Virus record (IMG/VR): IMGVR_UViG_3300048854_000124
Coordinates: 1-44,789 of that record
From: a virus
Taxonomy: Duplodnaviria > Caudoviricetes
Length of the DNA: 44,789 bases
Reading direction: 5' to 3' (one strand)
Positions 1 through 10,300 of the stretch are shown one piece after another. The position numbers and the translations under genes are program-made. Numbering within the stretch: position 1 is the stretch's first letter; every line of letters starts with the position of its first letter. The notes beneath the pieces were generated by a model. That model was not told where the DNA came from and did no database searches. It saw nothing but the letters and a program-made list of their open reading frames with translations.

Positions 1-127
1 GCCCGACCGATCAGGATGTGACGGTCAAGGGCAAGACCTATCCGAACGGCGTCAAGCTCTGGCCGGTCGGCACCGACACCGCGAAGAGCCGCATCTTCGG
101 TGCGCTGCTCGGCGACGAGGAGCGCGA
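1..127 (+). repeat. Terminal direct repeat identical to 44663-44789 (circular-assembly overlap)
   Basis: gcccgaccgatcaggatg...gaggagcgcga occurs at both ends and the terminase frame continues across the join. 127 is a common assembler k-mer length. Confidence 0.95.
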
Positions 128-569
128 CGTCGTCGACCGGCGCATGCACTTCTCCGTCGACCTCGACGACGAGTACTTCGAGCAGCTCACGGCAGAGGCC
201 TACAACCCGTCGAAAGACCGCTGGGACAAGCTGCGCAAGCGCAATGAAGCGCTCGACCTGAAGGTCTACAACTTCGCATGCGCGTATCACCCACGCTTGC
301 GCCTGAACGCCTATCAGGATGCCGACTGGGCAGCGCTCGAAGCGGTGATCGAGCCGCGTGTGCAGGATCTGTTCGCGTCTGTTCCGGCTCTCGACGTGCC
401 GACGCCGGAACCGGCTGGCGCGGACGCTGCTGTGCTTGAGGTTGCGCTGGACACGGAGCTCGCGGTGGCGCCGGTCGGCACGGCAAGCGAACCGGCGGCG
501 CCGACGACTGACGCGGGTGCAACGCAGAACTCATGGATTCCACGCCGGGACAACTGGCTGAGGCGATAG
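1..569 (+). CDS. Terminase large subunit (lambda gpA family), C-terminal part, continuing from 43177
   Basis: Motifs VGTDTAKS, YFEQLTAE and RNEALDLKVY; in frame with the ORF that starts at 43177. Confidence 0.93.
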   Translation, partial: PTDQDVTVKGKTYPNGVKLWPVGTDTAKSRIFGALLGDEERDVVDRRMHFSVDLDDEYFEQLTAEAYNPSKDRWDKLRKRNEALDLKVYNFACAYHPRLRLNAYQDADWAALEAVIEPRVQDLFASVPALDVPTPEPAGADAAVLEVALDTELAVAPVGTASEPAAPTTDAGATQNSWIPRRDNWLRR

Positions 570-571
570 AT

Positions 572-775
572 ATGGCATTTACCCAGCAAAACCTCGACGC
601 GATCGAGAAAGCCATTGCGACCGGCACGCTGTCGGTCGAATACAACGGCAAGCGCATCACCTATCGTTCCATGGGCGACCTGTTAAAGGCGCGCGATGTG
701 ATCAAGACCGAGTTGGCAAAGCAGCAGTCGCCCGGCGTACCGCGATCCAGCATCGCCATTTATCAACGGTTCTGA
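572..775 (+). CDS. Head-tail joining protein, gpW-like
   Basis: MAFTQQNLDAIEKAIATGTLSVEYNGKRITYRS; lies between terminase and portal. Confidence 0.85.
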   Translation: MAFTQQNLDAIEKAIATGTLSVEYNGKRITYRSMGDLLKARDVIKTELAKQQSPGVPRSSIAIYQRF

Positions 776-776
776 C

Positions 777-2246
777 ATGAAGACAAACTTTATTGACAGG
801 GCCATTGAATACGTGGCGCCGGGCATTGCCGCGCGACGCATGCGTGCGCGGGTGTCGATCCATGCCGCGCGCGGTTTCGACGGCGCAAAGCGCGGGCCGC
901 GCTCGGCGGGTTGGCGTGCCTCCGGTGCAAGCTCGACAGCGGAAGTGCTGCCCGCGCTCGGCGTCCTGCGTAACCGTGCGCGCGATCTGGTTCGCAATAA
1001 CCCGCACATCCGGCGCGCGCTCAAGATCCTGGTAGCCAATGCGATCGGCACGGGTGTGCAGGCCAAGTTCACCGACAAGGCCCTGCAGAAGCTCTGGAAG
1101 CGCTGGGTGAAGGTCTGCGATGCTGGCGGACTGCTGGACTTCTACGGCCTGCAGGCGCAGGCATACAAGGCCCTGAAGGAGTCGGGCGAGGTGCTGCTCA
1201 GGTTCCGCACGCGCCTGCCGCAGGACGGCATGGAGGTGCCGCTCCAGTTGCAGATCCTTGAGATCGATTTTCTCGACACGCTGAAGGTCGGTCCCGTTGA
1301 CGGCGGGTTCATTGTGGCCGGCGTGCAGTTCAACATGATCGGCCAGCGCACCGGTTACTGGCTGTTCGATCAGCATCCCGGCGAAGTGGCGCAGGTACCG
1401 CACAACATGCTGAGCCGCTTTGTGCCAGCCTCCGAAATCATCCACCTGTTCGATGCAATCGATCGGCCTAACGCAGTGCGCGGGTTCCCGTGGCTCGCCT
1501 CTGCGATCTGGAAAGCCCGTGACCTCGACGAGTATCAGGACGCCGAGCTCGTGCGCAAGAAGATCGAGGCCTGTTTCGCAGCGTTCGTCACGTCGAGCGA
1601 CGAAGGCTTTCAGGTGGGGCGCACGACGGCTTCTGCGCCAGGAGACTCCCGTCGTGTGGAATCGCTATCGCCTGGCATGGTCGAGTATCTGCGGCCGGGG
1701 GAGACCGTTGATTTTTCCGCGCCTGCGACGAGCAACGACTATGAGGGGAATGTACGCGTCGACCTGCGTGCGATCGCAGCGGGCACGGACACCACGTATG
1801 AACAGCTGACCGGCGACTATTCGCAGGTCAATTTCACGAGCGGTCGCATGGGGAAAATGGAGTTCAAGCGTTTCCTCGAACAGGACCTGTGGCTCATCTT
1901 CATTCCGATGTTCTGCGAAGCGGTCGCAAGCCGCTTCGTTTCAACGGCCTATCTCGCCGGCAAGGCGAAACAGCCGGTGGCCGACGTGTCGTGGTCGCCG
2001 CAGCGCATCGAATTTATCGATCCGTTGCGCGAAGCGAACGGCATCATCGCGCTGATCGACGCCCGTCTGAAGAGCCGGCATCAGAGCATTCGCGATCTCG
2101 GCGAAGACCCGGATGAGGTCGATGCCGAAATCAATGCAGATCCGCTGGCAATCGAGGTGCCCATTTCGGGCCGTTCTCTCGATGCGAAATCGGCGCACGA
2201 CGTTCTCGACCGGCTGGAGCAGATCCTCTCGGCGGTGCCGCAGTAG
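777..2246 (+). CDS. Portal protein, lambda family
   Basis: 489 aa; LRNRARDLVRNN, RGFPWL and TGDYSQVNFTSGR motifs. Confidence 0.93.
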   Translation: MKTNFIDRAIEYVAPGIAARRMRARVSIHAARGFDGAKRGPRSAGWRASGASSTAEVLPALGVLRNRARDLVRNNPHIRRALKILVANAIGTGVQAKFTDKALQKLWKRWVKVCDAGGLLDFYGLQAQAYKALKESGEVLLRFRTRLPQDGMEVPLQLQILEIDFLDTLKVGPVDGGFIVAGVQFNMIGQRTGYWLFDQHPGEVAQVPHNMLSRFVPASEIIHLFDAIDRPNAVRGFPWLASAIWKARDLDEYQDAELVRKKIEACFAAFVTSSDEGFQVGRTTASAPGDSRRVESLSPGMVEYLRPGETVDFSAPATSNDYEGNVRVDLRAIAAGTDTTYEQLTGDYSQVNFTSGRMGKMEFKRFLEQDLWLIFIPMFCEAVASRFVSTAYLAGKAKQPVADVSWSPQRIEFIDPLREANGIIALIDARLKSRHQSIRDLGEDPDEVDAEINADPLAIEVPISGRSLDAKSAHDVLDRLEQILSAVPQ

Positions 2247-2274
2247 TGGTCGCAAAGCAACTTTGAAACCTTTG

Positions 2275-2300
2275 AAACGCCCGCTTCCATGCGGGCGTTT
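2275..2300 (+). terminator. Hairpin between portal and capsid genes
   Basis: AAACGCCCGC-TTCCAT-GCGGGCGTTT inverted repeat with only a short U tail. Confidence 0.45.
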
Positions 2301-2316
2301 CCCATTGGAGTGAACC

Positions 2317-4380
2317 ATGCCCGAACCCGTTAATGGTCGTCGCGGCGGTGCGGGTGCACCGTCGGCGATGCCGCTTCAGACGCGTCTACAACCGGTTGGA
2401 ACTGTCGATGCGCAAAACCGTACGGTGGATGTCACCTGGACAGCCGGCGCCCAGGTGCAGCGTTACGACTGGATGCGCGACCGCACCTATATGGAAGAGC
2501 TGAGCACGGATCCGGGGGCGGTCCGGATGGACCGTCTGCAGTCCGGTAACGCGCCGGTCCTGAACGATCACGATCGCTGGGGCGGCCTCGACTCGGTGCT
2601 CGGCGTCGTGTCCAGCGCGTCGCTTGATAGTGCGAACAGTACCGGCCAGGCGCAGCTTCGCTTCTCATCGCGTGACGCTGTTCAGCCGTATTTTCAGGAC
2701 GTGCAGGACGGCATTCTCCGCAACATCTCTTTCGGTTACCGGACGTACCGCTACGACATGATCGCGCCCGGCCAGGAAGGCAACGACCAGTGGATCTATC
2801 GCGCGACCGACTGGGAGCCGTACGAGATCTCGCTGGTCTCGATCCCGGCCGACCCGAACGCCACGGTGCGCAATGCAGGTGGCTCGCCTGACCAACGCTT
2901 TTTCCCCTGCGAATTCGTCGAGCGAAGCGCAGGGGATTTTTCTGACGGGGCACGCGCCTCGCAACTTAACCAAGGAGCTGTGATGCCCGGTGAAAACCAA
3001 ACTCAAACCCCCGCCAATCCGTCCGGTCCGGATACCTCGGAGGCGGCACGAAACGCTGCAGTTGCGGCCCAAAGTGAAGCGGCCCGCAACGAAGGCGCAG
3101 CGGCGGAACGCCAGCGCATGATCGATCTGCGCACGGCGGTTCGCGCGAGCGTGCTCGACAACCAGGACGAGCTGCTGAACGGTTTCATCGAACGTGGCGT
3201 GACGGTGGACGCCGCACGTGCCGAGATCCTGCGCCTGCAGGCCGAGCGCTCGAACGCGAATCCGCAGCGTGGCGCGTCGAACATCGTGACGGTGAGCGAC
3301 GAGACCGACGTGCGCCGTGCGGCAATGACGGATGCAGTGATGCATCGCGTGAATCCGCGTCAGGAGCTCAATGACGCGGCCCGCCAGTATCGCGGCATGA
3401 CGCTGCGCGAGATGTGCCGTGAAGGGCTCGAGGCTGTCGGCGTCGATACGCGCGGCATGGAGCTGCGCCAGCTCGCTGGTATGGCGCTCGGTCTGACCCG
3501 TGCCGGCTACAACACGACATCCGACCTGCCGATCGTGTTCGGCAACGTGATCAACCGCACGCTGCGTGATGCCTACAGCGCTGCGCCGCGTTCGTTCACG
3601 AGCTGGGCGCGTCAGGGCACGCTGACCGATTTCCGCCCGGCCACGCGCGTGATGGTCGACGGTGCGCTGAAACTGGAAAAGGTCAACGAATCCGGCGAGT
3701 ACAAATACGGCAAGCTGATCGACGGCGGCGAAGTGATCCAGCTCGGTTCGTACGGAAAAATCATCAGCTTCACGCGCCAGATGATCATCAACGATGATCT
3801 CTCAGCGCTGCAGCGCGTCCCGACATACTTCGGCCGCTCTGCTGCAAACCTGGAATCGGACGTGGTGTATGGCGCCCTGACGGGCAACGCCGTGATGTCG
3901 GATGGCAAGCCCCTGTTCCACGCGCAGCACGGCAATCTCGGTGCTGGCGGCGCAATCGCGATCGATACGCTTTCGGCAGGGCGTACCGCGATGCGCCTGC
4001 AGAAATCGCCGGGTGACGGTACGCCGTTGAACGGTGCGCCGAAATTCCTGCTGGTGCCGGCCACGCTGGAAACGACCGCCGGCCAGATGACCAGCAACCA
4101 GTACGTGCCGAATCAGGCAAACCAGCAGAACCCCTTCTACAGCACGCTCACGCCAGTCGTCGAGCCGCGCCTTGATGCAATCAGTACGACGGCCTGGTAT
4201 CTCGCGGCAGACCCGGCAGCGATCGACACGATCGAGTACTGCTACCTCGAAGGCGAGCAGGGGCTGTACACCGAGCAGGATCTCGATTTCGACGTCGACG
4301 GCCTGAAAGTCAAGGCACGGCTCGATTTTGCAGCGAAGGCCATCGACTGGCGCGGTCTTTTCCGCAACCCGGGTCAGTAA
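2317..4380 (+). CDS. Fused prohead protease / major capsid protein
   Basis: N-terminal protease motifs (PVLNDH, ISFGY, WEPYEISLVSIPAD) and a C-terminal capsid region (TTSDLP, TRQMIINDDL, DWRGLF). Confidence 0.9.
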   Translation: MPEPVNGRRGGAGAPSAMPLQTRLQPVGTVDAQNRTVDVTWTAGAQVQRYDWMRDRTYMEELSTDPGAVRMDRLQSGNAPVLNDHDRWGGLDSVLGVVSSASLDSANSTGQAQLRFSSRDAVQPYFQDVQDGILRNISFGYRTYRYDMIAPGQEGNDQWIYRATDWEPYEISLVSIPADPNATVRNAGGSPDQRFFPCEFVERSAGDFSDGARASQLNQGAVMPGENQTQTPANPSGPDTSEAARNAAVAAQSEAARNEGAAAERQRMIDLRTAVRASVLDNQDELLNGFIERGVTVDAARAEILRLQAERSNANPQRGASNIVTVSDETDVRRAAMTDAVMHRVNPRQELNDAARQYRGMTLREMCREGLEAVGVDTRGMELRQLAGMALGLTRAGYNTTSDLPIVFGNVINRTLRDAYSAAPRSFTSWARQGTLTDFRPATRVMVDGALKLEKVNESGEYKYGKLIDGGEVIQLGSYGKIISFTRQMIINDDLSALQRVPTYFGRSAANLESDVVYGALTGNAVMSDGKPLFHAQHGNLGAGGAIAIDTLSAGRTAMRLQKSPGDGTPLNGAPKFLLVPATLETTAGQMTSNQYVPNQANQQNPFYSTLTPVVEPRLDAISTTAWYLAADPAAIDTIEYCYLEGEQGLYTEQDLDFDVDGLKVKARLDFAAKAIDWRGLFRNPGQ

Positions 4381-4456
4381 CCGGCCAATAACCCACCAGT
4401 GTGCCGGCGCCGAGCCGGCGCAGTCCCGTCTCTCCCACTTCATCAGGAACTGCTCC

Positions 4457-4786
4457 ATGAACAACTTTATCCAGAAGGGCCGCACGATCACCGCGACGCT
4501 GGCCGCCGCGGTCACGTCGGGCCAGCTCGTGCTGCTGGGCAACGGCAAGCTGCCGGCAGTCGCCTCCGGTACATACGCTGCCAACGCTGAGGGCGAATAC
4601 AACACCGGTGGCGTCTATGCGCTCCCCAGCGCGACGAACGGCACGGCGGTCGTGGGCGACAAGGCGTACTGGGACTCGACGAACAGTGTCGTGACGGTCA
4701 CCGCGCAAAACAACGACCCGATCGGCCACTTCGCCGCGCCGAAGGCGGCGACCGACTCGACGGCCAACGTGCGGCTCTGGCTGTGA
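4457..4786 (+). CDS. DUF2190-like small head protein (capsid cement)
   Basis: MNNFIQKGRTIT...GDKAYWD; AGGA RBS; directly follows the capsid gene. Confidence 0.75.
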   Translation: MNNFIQKGRTITATLAAAVTSGQLVLLGNGKLPAVASGTYAANAEGEYNTGGVYALPSATNGTAVVGDKAYWDSTNSVVTVTAQNNDPIGHFAAPKAATDSTANVRLWL

Positions 4787-5094
4787 GCGACTTCGATCTG
4801 TGCGCGGTGTTCGATGCGGCCGTCGATGCCGGCATGTTGGCCGAGGTAATGGTCATCAGCGGCGCCGACGTGCCACAGCCGTTCTGGGCAGACTTCCTGC
4901 AGCCTGGCTCCGACATTCTGGAGAACATGGCGCAGGCGGTCGATTACGGGATCGAATACCGCACGACCGATGTCCCGGTCCTGCCGAAACAGGCGGTGAT
5001 CCAGATCGCGGGCCGGCGTTACGAGGTGACGCGAGCCGGGCGCCCGAAGGATGAGGCAGGCATTTTCAGCTTTGCACCTCTCAAACGCCTATGA
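4783..5094 (+). CDS. Head-tail joining (head closure) protein
   Basis: 103 aa, overlapping start/stop codons, position in the head-tail block. Confidence 0.6.
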   Translation: MSDFDLCAVFDAAVDAGMLAEVMVISGADVPQPFWADFLQPGSDILENMAQAVDYGIEYRTTDVPVLPKQAVIQIAGRRYEVTRAGRPKDEAGIFSFAPLKRL

Positions 5095-5522
5095 CGACAC
5101 TTCGCGAGCAGTACGTCGGCGCGTTACTCGATCTGATGGCAGCCGACCCCGGCATGCAGCAACTCAACGTGCAGGTCGGCCGGTCCATTGTGGATGCGCT
5201 CGATGCGCAGCACACGCTCGCGCTGATCCTGCATCTGGGCGCCGATGCAACGCCTGACCGGTCTGCGATCGGATTCGCGACACGACAGACTGAAATCCTT
5301 TGCACGGTTATCACGCGCGACACGACGCCGGATCAGGCGGCCGACAGCGTGCTCGAGCTGGCCCATCCGATCATCATGGATTTCGACGCACCGGCGCTGA
5401 TCGGCAGCGACGAAGGGCAGACAGACCCGCCCATTTTCGCGAACGTCGACGGCGAGTCGTGCCTGCGGACAGTCCACTACCTCTACACGTATCGAACGCG
5501 GTCGAACAGCCTGACTGGATAG
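5091..5522 (+). CDS. Tail terminator / tail completion protein
   Basis: 143 aa, MTTLREQ...YLYTYRT, immediately upstream of the tail tube gene. Confidence 0.55.
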   Translation: MTTLREQYVGALLDLMAADPGMQQLNVQVGRSIVDALDAQHTLALILHLGADATPDRSAIGFATRQTEILCTVITRDTTPDQAADSVLELAHPIIMDFDAPALIGSDEGQTDPPIFANVDGESCLRTVHYLYTYRTRSNSLTG

Positions 5523-5577
5523 GTCAGGTGAGCCGGAGCGCGTGTCGCCTTTTCACATTCACACAGGAATCAGGCTC

Positions 5578-6507
5578 ATGACCAAGCGTACCCGCAAGAC
5601 AGTGGTTCTCGCCGTGTTGCAGACGGCAATCGGCATTCCCGGTGTTCCGACCGGCGCCGACGATGCGATGCTCGTCAGTGACGTCAGCTCGACACCGATT
5701 GCTGCGCAATATGCGCAGCGTAACAACGTGAAGGGCTATCTCGGCAACGACGAGCAGCTTGTGTCGGAAAAGCATGCCGAATTGTCGTTCAGCGTCGAAC
5801 TCGCCGGCAGCGGTACCGCAGGTGAACTGCCGGCATGGGACCCGTTGCTGCTCGCGTGTTCGTTCGCGTCGACGGTGGTGGACGGTGCGAGCGTGATCTA
5901 TCAACCGATCAGTGACAATGCGTTGCCAGTCACGCTGTACTACTTTCTCGATGGACTGCTCCACAAGATTACCAACGCCTTCGGCACGGTGGCGCTCGAT
6001 CTCTCGTCGAACGCCATTCCGAAATTCAAGTTCAAATTTACCGGCGATTATGTTCCCGTTGCCGATCAGGCGCTGCCGACGCCGGACTTCTCGAAGTTCA
6101 GGGATCCGCTGGTCGTCAATAACGACAACACGCCGGCATTCACGCTGGCCGGCTATGCAGCGGTGCTTAATACGCTCACTCTTGACATCGCCAATACAGT
6201 GATTTACCGAAGTTTGCCGGGTGCTTCAGGCGCGTTGATCACCGATCGCAAGCCGACCGGCAGCGTCGTGTTCGAACTCGCCCGCGTGAGCGACAAGGAT
6301 TACTGGAGCGCGATGGCGTCGGCGCAGAATCTCGCGCTGTCCTGTGAGCATGGCAAAACGGCCGGCAATGTCGTCACTATTACTGCACCCGCCGTGCAGC
6401 TGACCTCGCCGTCCTACACAGACAACAACGGCATCGCCAGCCTTTCGGCGACGCTCACGCTCAATACGGTCCAGGGTAACGACGAAATGTCGATTGCGCT
6501 CACCTGA
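5578..6507 (+). CDS. Major tail tube protein
   Basis: ELAGSGTAG...LLACSF, HGKTAGN and GNDE motifs; position before the chaperones and tape measure. Confidence 0.8.
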   Translation: MTKRTRKTVVLAVLQTAIGIPGVPTGADDAMLVSDVSSTPIAAQYAQRNNVKGYLGNDEQLVSEKHAELSFSVELAGSGTAGELPAWDPLLLACSFASTVVDGASVIYQPISDNALPVTLYYFLDGLLHKITNAFGTVALDLSSNAIPKFKFKFTGDYVPVADQALPTPDFSKFRDPLVVNNDNTPAFTLAGYAAVLNTLTLDIANTVIYRSLPGASGALITDRKPTGSVVFELARVSDKDYWSAMASAQNLALSCEHGKTAGNVVTITAPAVQLTSPSYTDNNGIASLSATLTLNTVQGNDEMSIALT

Positions 6508-6587
6508 GCAAAGTAACTTTTTCGGTTCACATTGCAGTGACGCGGGTCGCCTTATGGCGGCCCATTTTTATTTCAAAGGAGTGTTTC

Positions 6588-6917
6588 ATGCCGATCGTTC
6601 TCGCCCGCAGCAATACCTTCAGGTGGAAATTCAAGCTGCGCGAAATCGCTGAAAGCGGTGAAGTCGTCGAGTCCGCGATAACGCTGATTGTGCGTCGTGT
6701 CGATGAACCGGAGTTTCAGGAGCTGATCAAGGAGTCTCAGGCCGATCTGCTGAAGAAAGTGATTGTCGGCTGGCCGAGTGGTGAGGTGCTGGGCAGCGAC
6801 GGCCCGATCGAATATTCCCCGGAAAATTTCGAAGCGTTAATCGCCGATCCACATCGTGTGCGGCAACTGTCGCAGGAATACGTGCGGGCCAACGTGACGC
6901 TGCCGGAAAAAAACTGA
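6588..6917 (+). CDS. Tail assembly chaperone (gpG-like)
   Basis: AAGGAG RBS; ends E-K-N-stop on a slippery A run. Confidence 0.8.
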   Translation: MPIVLARSNTFRWKFKLREIAESGEVVESAITLIVRRVDEPEFQELIKESQADLLKKVIVGWPSGEVLGSDGPIEYSPENFEALIADPHRVRQLSQEYVRANVTLPEKN

Positions 6918-7306
6918 CGGACGCCGCCCGCTATTGGGCGGGAGAGCGGCGAAACGACTTTGCCGTAGACGCCGACGTCGCTGATGCACTCGCGGCGTTC
7001 GGCGCACCCGCTGACGTGGTCGATGTGGCACGGTCGCGTCCCGGTGAGGACGACTTCGAAGTCCTGCCCGAAAACTGGGACGCGGTGGAGGTCTTCATCT
7101 CACTCGGCACGCAGTGGAAGAAACTGGTCGTCTCATCGTTGAGTGGTGGCGGCGTCTTTTATGAGGGGCTCGACTATTCCGCAGTCGAGTCAGTTCTCCG
7201 CATCTTTGGCTTCAAAAGAAAGCGACACCGCGAACTGTTTGACGCGGTCCGCGTGATGGAGCGCGCGGCGCTCGACGTTTTTTCGGCTCGCGCGTCACGA
7301 ACATAA
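6905..7306 (+). CDS. Tail assembly chaperone C-terminal frame (gpT-like, DUF1799-like), reached by -1 frameshift
   Basis: The -1 frame is open from 6905 (KLTDAARYWAG...PENWDAV...GLDY...VMERAAL); heptamer A AAA AAC at 6908-6914. Confidence 0.8.
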   Translation, partial: GKKLTDAARYWAGERRNDFAVDADVADALAAFGAPADVVDVARSRPGEDDFEVLPENWDAVEVFISLGTQWKKLVVSSLSGGGVFYEGLDYSAVESVLRIFGFKRKRHRELFDAVRVMERAALDVFSARASRT

Positions 7307-7339
7307 TTGCGCCGGCGGGCGCTTCTGGGGAAATGTACT

Positions 7340-10300
7340 ATGGGAGCTTCGGCCGGAGCTATTAACGTCACGCTGACGCTCGATTCGACGCAGTATCTGG
7401 CCGAGCTGACCGAAAGCCAGAACCGCACGGTCACGACCGCTGCGCAGATTGGCGCGGCACTGTCGGCGGGTTCGTTTGGCGCGAAGGATCTGGCTGCTGC
7501 GATGCAGGCGGCAAGCGCATCCGGCGCGGGACTCGCCAGCAGCACGACGCTGATGGCTGATGCCGAGGCTCAGGCCGCCGCGCGCATCAGGGACATGGTT
7601 GCGCGCTCGCTGGAGGCGCAGCAGGCGATGGTGCAGTTATCGTCGGCTTCGCAGGGTGCCGCGAGCAGCACTAACGCAATGGGCGCATCGGCAGACCAGG
7701 TGCGCGCCAATGTTGCTGCCCAAACGCAGTCGATGATCGACGCGCAGCGTGCGACGGTCGCGATGAATGACGAAATGCAGGCGTTGAGGTCGACGCTTGC
7801 TCAAGGCGGCTCGAGCTTCGCGACCATCGGCGATCAGTATGCGCGTCTCGATCGCGCGATGGCGACCGGCAGGCTGTCGATGCAGGAATATGACGCGGCG
7901 CTTGCTGCCATCGGCAAGGATGAGGATGCGCGCTCGAAGTCGCTCGCGGCACTCACGGCGAAGTATGACCCGCTCGGCGCGGCCACGCGAAAGCTTGAGG
8001 CGGATCAGGCGCTGCTCGAAGATGCTTTCAGATCGGGCGCAGTCTCTGCGGCAGATTACGAGCGTGCGCTGAACGGCATCAAGGCGGATCAGGCGAGCAT
8101 CGGTCTTCGTCAACTCGCCCAGCAGGAAGCGCAGCTCGAGGCGTCGTTCCGCTCGGGCGCATTGGCCTCTGCGGATTTCAAGCGGGCAATGGCGGACATT
8201 GCGACCAGTCGCCAGGCGCTGACGTCGGTCGCGACCGGCGCGCAGGCAGCCGGCGCCGCTGTCGAAGGTTTTGGGCTCAAGACAGCGGGCGCGCGCAGGG
8301 AAGTAATCGTGCTCGCGCACGAAGCTGCCACGGGTAGCTGGAGCAACTTCGGCGGATCGCTGATGGTGCTCGCCGAGCGTATGGACCTGATGGAGGTCGC
8401 GACATCCGGCGCTGGGCTCGCAGTCGCCGCCATCGCGGCGCCGATCCTGCTGGCCGGTGCCGCGATGTACAAGGTGTCCGGGCAGAACGCCGCGATGAAC
8501 GAGGCGCTCGTCCTGACCGGCGATAATGCCGGCGTCACGACGGAGGAACTGCGCGGCATGGCTCAGGCCGCGACGGCCGGCGGAGCAACCTTCGACACCG
8601 CTGCGCAGGCGGTGACGGCGCTGGCGGCAACCGGGCGGCTCACCGGGCAGGAAATCGCGGACCTCGGACGCACGACGGCCGATGCAGCGACGTACACGTC
8701 GATCTCGGTCAAGCAGATGGTGGACGACTTCACCAGGCTCGCGGAAGACCCGGTGAAAGCGTCGGTTGCGCTCAACGACCAGTATCACTATCTGACCGCG
8801 TCGACGTACGACCAGATCGCGGCGCTCGACAAGCAGGGCGATGCGACTGGTGCCGCACAGATTGCCGTCGAGGCGTTCTCGAAGGCGATGGACGAGCGCA
8901 CGGGCGAGATCGCAAGGAACGAGGGCATCATTCTCGCCGGCTGGCGGGATATCAAAAGCATGATCAACGGCGCGATCGAGGCCGTGGGTTCGTTCGGTGC
9001 GACCGCCGGTCCGGCTGAAGTCGTTGCACGCATGCTGGCCAACAAACAGGCGCGAAATCCGCTCGGCACATGGGACGCCGACGACGAGGCCGATCTGCTG
9101 AAGGCGATTGCCGCGCGTGATGCGGCGGTGAAGGCGGCCCGTGACAAGGCATCGCAAAGCGAGCAACAGCAGCAGCTGATCGACGCGAAGCGCTGGTATG
9201 CAACGTGGAATGACCAGTTTGCGACGCCGGCCGAAAAGCGCGTCAAGGCCGTCAACGACTATCTCGACAAAACCGCCGCGTTGAATCTGAGTCCGGAGCA
9301 GCAGCTCGCCGACGAACAGAAGATCAACGATAAGGATAAAGACAGGACTGGCCGCAAAGGCGGCACGGGGCTCGTCGATCGTGCCGAGCTCACGGGCGAA
9401 GTGCAGGCCGTTAAAGATGCACTTGCACAGGAACTGTCGGCGGTCGACAGTGCACGCAAGGTGCTCGACGCGCAGTACAAGGGCGGTGCGCTGTCGATCA
9501 CCGACTATTACACGCTGGATCGCAATCTGCTCGCCCAGGCCGCGACCGATCATATCGACGCTGCGAATAAGGAAGCCGCCCTGATCGCGCAGGGCATGAA
9601 CAACCGGAACCTGAGCGCCGTGCAGCGTGCACAGCTTGCCAATCAGGAACGCAAGGCGCTCGCTGATGGCGGCAAGGCCGTCGAGGACTTCTTCCAGAAG
9701 GTCGCGCAGTCGGCCGCGCAGGAAGACGAGGTGTGGGACAAATACGGCAAGTCCCAGCTCGATGCGATGCAGAATCAGATCGACTCGGCGAACCAGCAGG
9801 GGCAGTCGCTACGGGACCAGATCGACACCTTCGGCATGACGAAGTCCGCGATCGATGATCTCAGGGCGTCACGTGCTGACGACACCGTCGCCGCGCTCGA
9901 GCAGGGGCGTGCGATTGCCTTGTTGCAGGGCAATCTTGCGGACACGAAGTCCTGGGATGAAGCGATCGCGAAAGCAAAGTCACTTTCGACCGCGTTGCAT
10001 GGCGTCGCCAGCGATCAGGCGACGCTCGACAATCTTGCGCAGGCAAAGAAACAGCAGGACGATCTGATCAAGAGCTGGCAGAGCACGATTGACGGTATCG
10101 GGACCGACTTCCATAACGGTTTCCTGCAGATGCTCACGGACGGCAAAAACGGTTGGTCGAGCTTCACGAAGTCTCTGAAGAACACCTTTGAGACGACGGT
10201 CGTCGATGAGCTGTACAAGTCGTTTGCAAAGCCTTTCGTCGTTAGCGTAATCGCGCAGATTGCCGGCATTGCCGGCGGCAGCGGGGTGCAGAACTCAATC

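Noticed and set aside
1-127. Biological terminal repeat of the virion DNA
   Set aside because: It falls mid-terminase and has a typical assembler k-mer length. A gpA-type terminase implies cos ends elsewhere.
7637-9553. 638-aa antisense ORF, and other long antisense ORFs such as 37713-38783, 43255-44433 and 28843-29778
   Set aside because: These are shadow frames of GC-rich genes with no recognisable motifs.
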